Origin: Basidiobolus meristosporus CBS 931.73
Lineage: Eukaryota > Fungi > Basidiobolomycota
Assembly: GCA_002104905.1 (NCBI GenBank)
Contig: MCFE01000831.1
Location: 1-32,368, forward strand
Length of the DNA: 32,368 nucleotides
Direction of reading: 5' to 3'
Shown here: in pieces, positions 11,371 to 22,111 of the stretch
Layout of the letters: every line of letters begins with the position of its first letter
How positions within the stretch are numbered: the stretch's first letter is position 1
Translations under genes and position numbers: made by a program
The notes under the pieces: model-generated
The model's input: only the letters and a program-made list of their open reading frames with translations
Told to the model about the DNA's origin: nothing
Databases searched by the model: none

Positions 11371-12070
11371 CTTAGATTGGATTCTTGTGAGCTTTGCAGT
11401 CTCTTTACTGATGTAGTACCAATCAAAGTCAGAATACTCAGCAGTGCAAGTGATGCAGGGGAAGTCTTATAACCTTTAAACTTGTAATTGTAGTGTGGGG
11501 ATTCTGCAAAGAGAGGCTCCCTTTATTTTTCAGCTTGGGAAGTCATATATATGAAACTTTTGAAGGATCAAAGCTTTTGGGCAATTGCACAAGGAACGCA
11601 TGTGATACAAAGCTAAAATTTCACAGTGGTGCAGATGGGACATAGGCGCACTACCTGTAGAAATTTCACGCCATTTGATTGGCTGGTTCAAAAGTTACAC
11701 ACAATCAAAGTCACCATAGTAATCCTAGCAATAAGGCATAGTATATATAATAATTTGACTCTTTTGGTCATTACTCCTTCAGTACTGCTTCAAATGAGCT
11801 GTAATTTGAAACATGTGTTGGCTACTACATGTTCTGTATGACATAATATTCTTGGTTGGATTGCTTTTCAGGGTCTGGAGCATTTGTTCTTCAAAGCTGG
11901 AAATTCTTGATCTTTCACTTGTGTGCTACAATAGCAAAAAGCAAAATAAAGAAATGAGTGCAATATTGGTTTAGAGATATTGTAGTAATGGAATACTTTC
12001 CATTACCACAGTTCTTGCCAATTAATGCTGCAAGCCAGGAACAGACTGAATCCATCATAGCCAAGAAGAA

Positions 12071-12643
12071 TTGCCAACAAGAAAACAACTGTTTTCACAA
12101 GAGTTGGAAGTGCAGCCAGTTGAGCTACACTCCAGCAAGGTAGATGAGTTTGCTGGAAAAGGCAATTTATCTACCACAGCCTCCACAGCCTCCATTGTTG
12201 ACAGAGTGGAGATCCCTCTGACAGACAAGGCTACAACATCAAGAGCTGAAAAGACTATCACAATGCCTTCAGTGGAGTTTTGGAACATTAATAGGCACAC
12301 CAAAAGGTTGCAGCACTTCTTCAAGAGTAGTGCTCAAGACAATGCACTGGAATATTACAGGGATTTATTGCAAAGACTGACAGATGAGGAGCTGGACCTT
12401 GCAGTGCTAGCTGAAGACCAGGATGTGTGGGAACCAGTGAATGAGCAGTGGCATAAAGCTGTTGGGTTCCCACCAAAGTTGTGGAACCAGAATGTTACAG
12501 CAGAAATACTTATTGAGTGGTGGATTTTAATGGAGTTACCTGTAGAGTATGGGGTTGGGCTTAATGTTAGTGTAGGGTATAGAGACTTGTATAGGTCAAT
12601 ACAATTGGCAATTGAGGTACAACAGAAGTTTCAACAGAAATAA
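12071..12643 (+). CDS. Hypothetical protein (about 190 aa open stretch) inside the ACCCTA element; true start uncertain
   Basis: A 570-bp open frame in otherwise stop-rich DNA, with a W-rich C-terminal part (VWEPVNEQWHKAVGFPPKLWNQ...IEWWILMELP). No motif recognised. Confidence 0.4.
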   Translation: MPTRKQLFSQELEVQPVELHSSKVDEFAGKGNLSTTASTASIVDRVEIPLTDKATTSRAEKTITMPSVEFWNINRHTKRLQHFFKSSAQDNALEYYRDLLQRLTDEELDLAVLAEDQDVWEPVNEQWHKAVGFPPKLWNQNVTAEILIEWWILMELPVEYGVGLNVSVGYRDLYRSIQLAIEVQQKFQQK

Positions 12644-12958
12644 ATCAATTTGTACGCCTGAAAAGTAAGTGAAATGGTTGAGTCAGGAAGTAAGGAGTGT
12701 AAAAAGCGGCAGTAGCCAATCAATTTGCACAAATGTAGGAGGCAATAGAGTGTCTGGGATCAGAAAGTGAGCATATTGGTAGGGAATCAATCAAAAGCCA
12801 CTTATACATTGTTGTGATGAAAATTTTGACAAAGTTTTTTGTGAAATCTGGGCTGCAATTATTTTCAACAGTCTCTGGATGGTGTCCTGACAAGATCAGT
12901 ACCTCTTAGTCATAGGACATTGACTTTGTGATAGCCTTTTGATGGGATCATCTCAAAA

Positions 12959-12972
12959 ATTTTTCATAGGGT
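12959..12972 (-). repeat. Right terminal inverted repeat of the ACCCTA element
   Basis: Reverse complement is ACCCTATGAAAAAT, followed by the AT TSD and the resumed gypsy RT. Confidence 0.75.
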
Positions 12973-12974
12973 AT

Positions 12975-13510
12975 AGATAGTTTGTGGCCAAAAAGAAGAA
13001 CAGAAAGCCCCAATTCATTTAAGACATGCAACCTGCAAATGCAGTCATTATCAGTGATCTTCAATACATCCATCTATTAATGACTTTTCCAAGAGCTTCA
13101 GTAGCTACTCCATCTACCAACATATGATCTTTACTCAGGATATGACCAGATTCCTCTAGATGAGACATCAAGAGATATGTTTGAACTCCATACACCATTT
13201 GGACTGTTAAGGATGACAAGACTCAGCTACGGGGCTACAAACTCTTTGGCTCAGTTGCAGATATGTATAGTGAATGTGCTGTACTAGTTTATACCTAGGA
13301 AACTTGCTGTCTTTGTTGATGACATAGGCATCAAAGGACCAAAGTTCCAGGACATCACTGAAGTCATGCCTGGAGTAAGAAAGTTTGTCTGTGACTGCAT
13401 TTTGGACAATGATGCTATATCAAGAGCCAGTGAAGAAGCAGGACTCCCCATCAGCAATGAGAACAGCAGCTTTGGTGTATCAGAGATATTTATTGTTGGG
13501 CAAAGATGAA
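12975..13510 (+). pseudogene. Ty3/gypsy RT core, right half of the gene split at 573
   Basis: R*FVAKKKNRKPQFI*DMQPANAV...DLYSGYDQIPLDETSRDMFELHTPFGLLRMTRLSYGATNS...LAVFVDDIGIKGPK (FVDD at 13312-13323). Truncated near 13510. Confidence 0.88.
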
Positions 13511-13518
13511 ACATTTAC

Positions 13519-13705
13519 CAATCAAAAGCCACTAATATACAGTTGTGATGAAGAATTTTGACTGAGTTTTTTGTGAGATCTGGGGTGCAATTATTTGTCA
13601 ATGGTCTCTGCATGGTGTCCTTCCAGGATCAGTGCCTCTTAGTCACAGGACTTTAAATTGCTGATGGACTTTTGATGGGATCATCACAAAAATCTCTCAT
13701 AGGGT
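13519..13705. mobile_element. Second, truncated right end of an ACCCTA-family element
   Basis: Collinear with about 12789-12972 (roughly 75-80% identical by eye). Ends ...CTCATAGGGT and abuts copia coding sequence. Confidence 0.75.
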
Positions 13706-14307
13706 AATAGAAACTTGATGCAGTGGGAGAAGGAACTATCCAAATAGGCCTTAGATGCAGTGATGGAAGCCATACACCAACCATTCAACAATTACTCTAT
13801 GTACCAGAAATAGCCAAGAACCTACTATCTGTAAGCAAGGCCACAGCAGAAGGACGCAGTTTCAGCTTTGACAATTCTGGATGCAGGATCACTGATCAGA
13901 ATGGTGTCTATACTGCTTTAGGTATCATAGATCTGAGCCTATACAACTTGATATATATTCCATTACATATGGATGCCAATAAAAGTAACTTAAATGAAGG
14001 AACACTATTGCTTTGGCACAGAAGATTTAGATGCATCAATTTTAATTATTTGCGCAAAATGATCAAAGATCCGCCAATATACATAGTAAAAGCTGATCCC
14101 CCACCTAGTTTGGAGCCCTGTTGGGCCTGCATATATGGGAACCAAACCAGACAATTGTTGACAAGCTCTGGGTTAACTAGAACTAAGAAAAAATTAGATC
14201 TTACTCACTTAGATCTGTGTGGACCTCTGCAAAATTTATCCTTAGGTGGGATGAAGTGTTTGATCACTTTTATTGATGATTATATAAGATACACAAGGGT
14301 CTACTAC

Positions 14308-14644
14308 TGTTGTAAGAGTCTTGGAGATATTGGAAGTGATTTGGAGAACAAGTAGATTAGGTGGTTTTCACTTAATGATTTATTGAATGTAAAAGTAGTA
14401 TTTATACTTTTACCTGTTCTTGGCATTACAAACACGTAGAATAGGTTAAGGAAGGTCCTAAGAACATGTGTGCAAAGTTTGGGGCTGTTTGGACAACCTT
14501 GAGAATTTTCATGTTCTGGATACCTGGTATTTTGGTGAAAATATTCTAAATAAATCCTGACAAGAAATTTGGTTAGTATTCTCTAGGATTTGAAGGTGAT
14601 GATGTAAGTGACTAAGTTAGGTAGAAATACAAATTTTTACAACA
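14308..14644 (-). repeat. 3' LTR of the nested copia element (337 bp)
   Basis: About 16 substitutions and one 12-bp deletion relative to 18632-18980 by my count. Confidence 0.92.
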
Positions 14645-14653
14645 CTCCCACTC
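14645..14653 (-). promoter_or_regulatory. Polypurine tract of the nested copia element
   Basis: GAGTGGGAG on the minus strand, immediately before the 3' LTR. Confidence 0.8.
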
Positions 14654-14655
14654 AG

Positions 14656-17600
14656 CTAAATGTTCATACTGACTAGTCCTAATTTTGACCTAAGATATTC
14701 AAACTTGTCTCTAGCTAATGGTTTGGTAAATATGTCTGCAATCATTTCATCTGTAGGACAGTAAACTAAGCTAACTAAGTTATTCTCTATAGCTTCACAT
14801 ATGAAATGATGTCTAATATCTATGTGCTTGGTTCTAGCATGAAAAGTTGGATTTCTACCTAATTGTATACATCCTTGATTATCATGAAATAAAGTAATAG
14901 GCATTTTTTGACATAGGCCTAAATCTGTAAACAGCTTTCTTAACCACATTGCTTTTTTTGTAGCTTCACAGGCTGCCATATACTCTGCCTCTGTGGTGGA
15001 AAGTGCTACGGTTGGTTGCTTTCTTGAATTCCATGAAATGGCTCCTTTACAGTAAAGAAAGGTGTATCCTGTGGTGGATCTTCTGTCTTCCAAATTTTGC
15101 CCCCAATCAGCATCAGAGTATCCCACAAGATCCTTTTCTGAATCCTTATAAGTGTATCTTAAGCAGATATCAGCAGTTCCTTTTAGGTATCTAAAAATCT
15201 GCTTAACTGATGCAATATGATCAGATCCATAATTCTGATTATGTTGGCTAACAACTCCCACTGAATATGAGATATCTGAACATGTTCCAAGCATGATATA
15301 CATCAGACTGCCGATCATAGATTGAGAAGGAAAGTCAGGGCTTTCAAATGGCACCAAGCTCTCTTGATTTGTTTGAGTTTTGACCAAGTTAAGGTTTGTC
15401 TCCGTTGGGGTAGCTGCCGGTTTATAGTCTTCCATTTTGTACTTCTTTAGTATATCTTGAATATACTTGGATTGACTTAGGGTGATAGTCTGGGTACTTC
15501 TGTCTATGGAGAACTTAATCCCTAAGTAGTAATTAAGTTCTCCTAAATCAGACATCTTGAACTCCTTAGATAGGCTGGATTTAGTTTCTTCCAATGTTTC
15601 TAGGTTATTGGTGGCTATAATAAGATCATCCACATATAGAGCTAATAGAACTGGATTTGCTCTATCTGGCTTATAGTATATACTATAGTCAGCATTACTT
15701 CTTTTGAAACTCAAAGATTCCAAATAAGAATCTATCTTGCAATTCCAGGCTCTTGGTGATTGTTTGAGACCATGTAGTGACTTTTTAAGCTTGCAGACCA
15801 AATGGGGGTTATCTTGGTCAACAAACCCATCAGGCTGGTCCATATACACATCCTCATCAAGCTCTCCATTCAAAAATGCAGTTTTTACATCCATTTGATG
15901 AATAAAAAACTTTTATTTGGCTGCAATAGCCAATATTAATCTGATGGAATTAAACTTGGCTACCAGTCCAAAGGTCTCAGTATAGTCAAGTCCTTTTGTT
16001 TGAGAGTATCCTTTGGCTACAAGTCTTGCTTTGTATCTTTCAATTGTACCATCAGCCTTGTATTTTGTCTTGAAGACCCATCTGCATCCAATTGATTTTT
16101 GGTTGATTGGTAATTTGACTAAGTCCCAAGTTTGATTTTCCATCAGGGCCAGATATTCCTCAGTCATTGCAGATCTCCAAAACTTTGTCTGAGGGCTATT
16201 AAGGGCCTCTTTTACAGTCTGGAGTTCATCAATATGGACTGAATAGGCATAGGCTAAGTTTGTACCCTCATTAATATAGTAATTTGGGCTATTTCTTGTC
16301 CAATTGGATCTCCGGGCATTTGATACTAGAATGATCACTTCTGGGATATTCCTGGGCACTGATTCTGGCTGAACCACGGTTGTAGAGTCCTCTGGAGTGA
16401 AAAATTATTCATTGTTTTGCTCTCATTTGATCCTGACAATTGATGGACTTGAGATCAAATTTTTGTCATCATCTGATGTCATTTTTTGTGAAAATTTTGA
16501 GTTTTCATCAAACAGCACATCCCTGGACTTGATCAGCTTCTTTGCTTTGGTATTGTAGAGTCTGCAGGCCTTACTCTCTTTGCAGTAGCCCAAAAATATG
16601 CATTTTACACTTTTTGGCTCAAATTTTGACTGATTTCTGGCCAGTTTTTTGGCATATGCTGTACACCCAAATATTCTTAGATGTTCTGCACTTGGTCTGT
16701 ATACATACCATGCTTCAAATGGAGTAGAATCACAAAGTATTCTGCTATAACTCCTATTTTTAAGGCATACAGCAGTGGCAAATGATTCCACCCTAAAATC
16801 ATAGGATAATTTTTGATCATGGATCATAGATCTTGCCATATCAATTATTGATCTGTTAGCTTGTTCTGCTACTCCATTTTGCTGTGGGGAGTATGGTACA
16901 GTAGTCTCTTGCTTTATCCCATGAATTTTGCAGAAGTGGATGAAGAGTTTTGAGGTATATTCTCCACCATTGTCAGAGCGTATTTTCTTGATTTTTTCAC
17001 CAGTTTCTCTCTCCACCATGGCTTTAAACTCCCTGAACTTAGACAGAGCTTCTTCCTTTCTCTCCATGAAGAAGACCCATGTGTATCTTGTATAATCATC
17101 AATAAAAGTGATTAAATACTTCATCCTGCCTAAGGATAAATTTTGCATAGGTCCACACAGATCTGAGTGAATTAGATCTAATTTTTTCCTAGTTTTGATT
17201 AATCCGGAGCTCTTGAATGGTTTTCTGGCTTGTTTCCCATATATGCAGGCTTCACAGTGCTCCAAATTAGATGGAGGATTAATTTTCACTCCAGAAATTA
17301 GCTGATCTTTGATCATTTTGCACAAATAATCAAAATTGATGTGCCCAAATCTTGTGTGCCAAAGCATTGGTGTTTCTTCATTTAAGTTACTTATATTGGC
17401 TTCCACATATGATGGAATATAAGTCAACTTGTATAGATTCTGATCTCTGATGCCCAAAGCAATATGAGCTCCATTTTGATCAGTGATCCTGCATCCAGAA
17501 TTGTCAAAACTGAAACTGAGTCCTTCTGCTGTGGCCTTGCTTACAGAGAGTAGGTTCTTGGCTATTTCTGGTACATAGAGTACTTCTTTAAAGGTCAGTG

Positions 17601-18600
17601 TATGGCTTCCTTCACTGCTTCTAAGGTTTACTTGGATAGTTCCTTCTCCCACTGCATCAAGTGTTCTATTGTCACCCATGAAAACCTTCTTAATTGGAAT
17701 TTCTTGATATTGGGTAAAAAGTTCTTTTTGGTGTGTAAAGTGTGGAGATGCTCCAGAGTCAATATACCACATCTGAGAATCCTTGTTTGTGGTCATATTT
17801 AGTGCAGATATGAATAGTCTATCTTCAGTTGTTGCAGCATTTCCATATTCAGGCTTCTTTTGCTGATTATCTTTCTTTTTGAGACACCGGTCTGATGTGT
17901 GTCCTTGCCTTTTGCAGTAGTTACAAAACAGGTTGCTGTTGCCTTTGTAGGGTCTTGGGTACCTCCTTTGTTGGTTATCATTGCTTATTAAAGCATTTTC
18001 TTCTTTCTTCTTATTGGCGCTTGATTTTCTTAATTCTTCATCCAGGAGCCTTTCATATACATAGTTTAAGGTCAAATCCTCAGTTCTGGACTCTAGGGCT
18101 GATACAAGGCCCTGAAACTCATCTGTCAGGCTATTCAGGATGGTAACTATCACATCCTCATCAGTAGTTGGTACGCCCACAGATTCCATCTCATCTACTG
18201 GCAGGGTAATTCTGTTAATTAGATTTTTCATTTCTTCTCCTGGCAGCATCTTTGTAGTAAAGAATTTTTGTCTCAGATACATTTTCTTAGCAGCTGAACA
18301 TGACTGGTAGGTGTCTTCTAATGCCTTCCAGGCATTCTTTGCCATTTTTGCTCTTGAGCATTGAATTAGCAATTTGTCCTTGACATTAAGGCAAATGCAG
18401 TTAAAGGCACTTTGTTCTTTCTTCTGGTACTTTAAGGCTTCCTCTCCCACGTTTTTAGGAGGGCATTCTTCTCCCATGACAATATCCCAAAGGCCTCTTT
18501 CTTGTAGCAGCATCTTCATCTTTACCTTCCACACTTGGTAGTTAGATCCATCCAACTTTTCAGCAGAGGGAAAAATTCCAGTAATAGCAGTAGTAGACAT
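14656..18600 (-). pseudogene. Copia gag-pol polyprotein, single frame with three premature stops
   Basis: KLDGSNYQVWK, zinc knuckle CNYCKRQGHTSDRC, protease WYIDSGAS, LWHTRFGH..CEAC, integrase [49 protein letters not shown], RNase H GYSDADW/TEAEY/ADIFTK. The three track ORFs share one frame, with stops at 16423-16425, about 16405-16407 and 15913-15915. Confidence 0.93.
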
Positions 18601-18618
18601 TGCAGAGAGTGACAGCTT

Positions 18619-18631
18619 GGGGCTCATAACC
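18619..18631 (-). promoter_or_regulatory. Primer-binding site, half-tRNA(iMet) type
   Basis: GGTTATGAGCCCC directly follows the 5' LTR on the minus strand and resembles the Ty5/copia anticodon-arm PBS rather than a TGG-starting 3'-end PBS. Confidence 0.75.
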
Positions 18632-18980
18632 TGTTGTAAGAGTCTTGGAGATATTGGAAGTGATTTGGAGAACAAGTAGATTAGGTGGTTTTCACTTAAT
18701 GATTTATTGAATGTAAAGGTAGTATTTATACTTTTACCTGGTCTTGGCATTACAAACACGTAGAATAGGTCAAGGAAGGTCCCAAGAACAAGTGTGCAAA
18801 GTTTGGGGCTGTTTGGACAACTTTGAGAATTTTCATGTTCTGGGTACCTGGTATTTTGGTGAAAATATTCTAAGTAAATCCCGACAAGGAATTTGGACAG
18901 TATTCTCTAGGATCTGAAGGTGATGATCTAAGTGACTAAGATAGGTGAATATTTAGGTGGAAATACAAATTTTTACAACA
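18632..18980 (-). repeat. 5' LTR of the nested copia element (349 bp)
   Basis: TG...CA termini, internal AAGTATAAATAC TATA-like motif on the sense strand, followed by the PBS. Confidence 0.92.
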
Positions 18981-21130
18981 ACTACTTGGAGAGAGAGGAA
19001 GAGGCTCTGTCTAAGCTCAGAGAGCTTAAAGCCATGGTGGAGAGAGAAACTGATGAGAAAATTAAGAAGATATGTTCTGGCAATGGTGGATAATATACCT
19101 CAAAACTTTTCATCCACTTCTGCAAAATTCATGGGATGAGTCAAGAAGCTACTGTACAATATTCTCTACAGCAAAATGGAGTAGCAGAATGTGCAAACAG
19201 ATTAATAAATGATTTGGCAAGATCTTTTATTCATGATCAATAATTATCCTATAATTTCTGGGTGCAATCAGTTGCCACAGCTGTATGCCTTTAAAATAGG
19301 ACTTGTAACAGAATACTTTGTGATTCTACTCCATTTGAGGTATGGTATGGGTACAGGTCAAGTGCAGAACATCTAAGAATATTTGGGTGTACAGAAATTT
19401 CCAAGAAACTGCCCAGAAATCAGCCAAAATATGAGCCAAAAAGTGTAAAATGCATGTTTCTGGGCCACTGCAATGAGAGTAAAGCATGCAGACTCTAAAA
19501 TACCAAAGCAAAGAAGCTGAGTAAGTCCAAGGATGTGTTGTTGAATGAAAATATAAATTTGTACAAAAAATGACATCAGATGATGATGAAAACTGGATCT
19601 TAAGTCTGACAATAGTGAGTATGGAATTACAGAAAATCAATGCAGAATTTTTCACTCCAGAGGACTCTACAACTGTGGTTTAGACCAAACTAGTGCCCAG
19701 GAATGTCCCACAAGTGATCATTCCAGTATCCAATGTCAGGAGATCCAACAAGACAAGAAATATACCAGATAACTATATTAATGAGGGTACAAACTTAGCC
19801 TGTGTCTATTCAGTCCATATTGATGTGCCCAGACTGTAAAAGAGGCCCTAAATAGCAATCAGACAAAGTTTTGGAGATCTGCAATGACTGAGGGATATCA
19901 GGTCCTGATGGAAAATCTAATATGGGACTTAGTCAAGTCACCAATCAACTAAAAGTTAATTGGATGCAGATGGGTCTTTAAGTCAAAGTACAAGGCTGAT
20001 GGTACAATTAAAAGACACAAAGCAAGAGTTGTGGCCAAAGAACACTCTTAAACAAAAGAACTGGACTACACTGAGACCTTTTCACTGGTAGCCAAGTTTA
20101 ATCCATCAGATTAATATTGGCTATTGCAGCCAAATAGAAGTTTTTTATATATCAAATGGATGTAAAAACTGCATTTATGAATGGAGAACTTGATGAGAGC
20201 ATGTATATGGACTAGCCTGATGGGCTTGTAGATCACCATAACATGATATGGTCTGCAAACTTAAAAAATCTCTATGTGGTCTTGAACAATCACCAAGAGC
20301 CTGGAATTGCAAGATAGATTCTTATTTTGAATCTTTGAGTTTCAAAAGGAGTAAGGCTGACTATAGAATACACTATAAGCCAGATTGAGTAAATTCAGCT
20401 CTATTTACTCTATATATGAATGATCTTATTATAGCCACCAATAGCCTAAGAATATTTGAAGAGATTAAATCCTGCCTATCGAAGGAGTTCAAGATGCCCA
20501 ATCTAGGAGAACTCAGTTACTACTTAGGGATTAAGTTCTCCATAGACAGAAGTACCCAGACTATTACCCTACGCCAATCCAAGTATGTTCAAGATATACT
20601 AAAGAAGTACCAAATGGAAGACTGTAAACTGGCAGCTACCCCAATGGAGACAAGCCTCAACTTGGTCAAAACTCAACCAAATCAAGAGAGCTTGGTGCCA
20701 TATGAAAGCCCTGACTTTCCTTATCAATCTATGGGTGGCATTTTGATGTATATCATGCTTGGAACACATCCAGATATCTCATATTCAGTGGGAGTTGTCA
20801 GCCAGCATAATCCAAACTATGGATTGGATAACATTGCAACAGTTAAGAGGATATTTAAATACCTAAAAGGAACTGTTGATGTCTGTTCAAGGTACCCCTA
20901 TCAGGATTCAGAACAGAATCTTACAGGATACTCTGATGCTGATTGGGGACAAAATTTAGAAGACAGAAGATCCACCACAGGATACATCTTTCTTTACTGT
21001 CCTGAAGCAATTTCATGGAATTCAAAAAAGCAACCAACTGCAGTACTTTCCACCACAGAGGCAGTGTATATGGTAGCCTGTGAAGCTACCAAAGAAGCAA
21101 TGTGGTTACAAAAGCTTTTTACAGATTTAG

Positions 21131-21482
21131 TGTTGTAAAAAAATTCGTATTTTCCACCTAAATATTCACCTAACTTAGTCACTCAGATCATCACCTTCAA
21201 ATCCTAGAGAATACTGACCAAATTCCTTGTCGGGATTTACTTAGAATATTTTCACCAAAATACCAGGTACCCAGAACATGAAAATTCTCAAAGTTGTCCA
21301 AACACCCCCAAACTTTGCACACATGTTCTTGGGACCTTCCTTAACCTATTCTACGTGTTTGCAATGCCAAGACCATGTAAAAGTATAAATACTACTTTTA
21401 CATTCAATAAATCATTAAGTGAAAACCACATAATCTACTTGTTCTCCAAATCACTTCCAATATCTCCAAGACTCTTACAACA
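21131..21482 (+). mobile_element. Solo LTR of the same copia family, inserted in the host RNase H region
   Basis: TGTTGTAA...TTACAACA with a perfect TTTAG TSD (21126-21130, 21483-21487). Removing it restores FTDL-GLCLEMPITL. Confidence 0.92.
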
Positions 21483-21761
21483 TTTAGGCCTATGTTTAGA
21501 AATGCCTATTACTTTATTTTAAGATAATCAAGGATGTATACAGTTGGGTAGAAATCTGATTTTTCATACTTGAACTAAGCCCATATATATTAGACATCAT
21601 TTCATATGTGAAGCTATAGAGAATAACTTAGTTAGCTTAGCTTACTGTCCTACAGATGAAATGATTGCAGAAACATTTGCCAACCCATTAGCTAGAGAGC
21701 AGTTTGAATATCTTGGGTCAAAATTAGGACTAGTCAATATGAGCATTTAGTTAAGTGAGAG

Positions 21762-22111
21762 TGTTGTAAAAGATTTGTAACTCCACCTAAATATTCACCT
21801 AACTTAGTCATTTGGATCATTAACCTCATATTCTGGAGAATACTGGCCAAATTTCTTGTTGGGATTTACTTAGAATATATTCACCAAAATATTAGGTACT
21901 CAGAACATGAAAATTCTCAAAGTTGTCCAAACAGTCCCAAATTTTGCACACATTTGCTTGGGACCTTGCTAAATTTACTCTACATGTTTGCTATGCCATG
22001 ATCATGTAAAAGTATAAATACTACTTTTATATTCAATAAATTGTTAAGTGTAAACCACATGATCTACTTCTTCTCCCATTCACTTCCAATATCTCCAAGA
22101 CTCCTACAGCA
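21762..22111 (+). repeat. 3' LTR of the old host copia element
   Basis: Follows the pol stop at 21748-21750 and a degenerate PPT. It is the most diverged of the four LTRs, with its CpGs lost, and ends CTCCTACAGCA. Confidence 0.88.

Larger units (their letters stand above)
574..12972 (-). mobile_element. CACTA/EnSpm-like (Tnp2) DNA transposon with ACCCTA termini and nested insertions
   Basis: Left end ACCCTACAAAAAAT (574-587) matches the reverse complement of the right end ACCCTATGAAAAAT (12959-12972) at 12 of 14 bases, and both mismatches fall in one ancestral CpG. AT lies on both flanks (572-573, 12973-12974). Removing the element and one AT rejoins the gypsy RT in frame (PYTN-R*FVAKKK). 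A Tnp2 transposase lies inside. Confidence 0.8.
14308..18980 (-). mobile_element. Full-length Ty1/copia LTR retrotransposon (4673 bp) nested antisense in the host copy
   Basis: Two TGTTGTAA...TTACAACA LTRs, a perfect ACTAC TSD (14303-14307, 18981-18985), PBS, PPT and the complete gag-PR-IN-RT-RH order. Confidence 0.95.
13706..22111 (+). mobile_element. Old Ty1/copia element (host copy), 5' LTR and gag missing, interrupted twice by its own family
   Basis: The protease-to-integrase part (DAVGEGTIQ...LTHLDLCGP...IDDYIRYTRVYY) resumes at 18986 (LEREEEALSK). RT (QMDVKT, GYSDADW) follows. RNase H is split at 21130/21488. Then a degenerate PPT (AAGTGAGAG) and a 3' LTR. Many stops and frameshifts. 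Confidence 0.88.

Noticed and set aside
18601-18759. N-terminal extension of track ORF 16423-18759
   Set aside because: It lies mostly in the 5' LTR and PBS. Gag homology begins after ATG 18600, with ATG 18627 a possible alternative.
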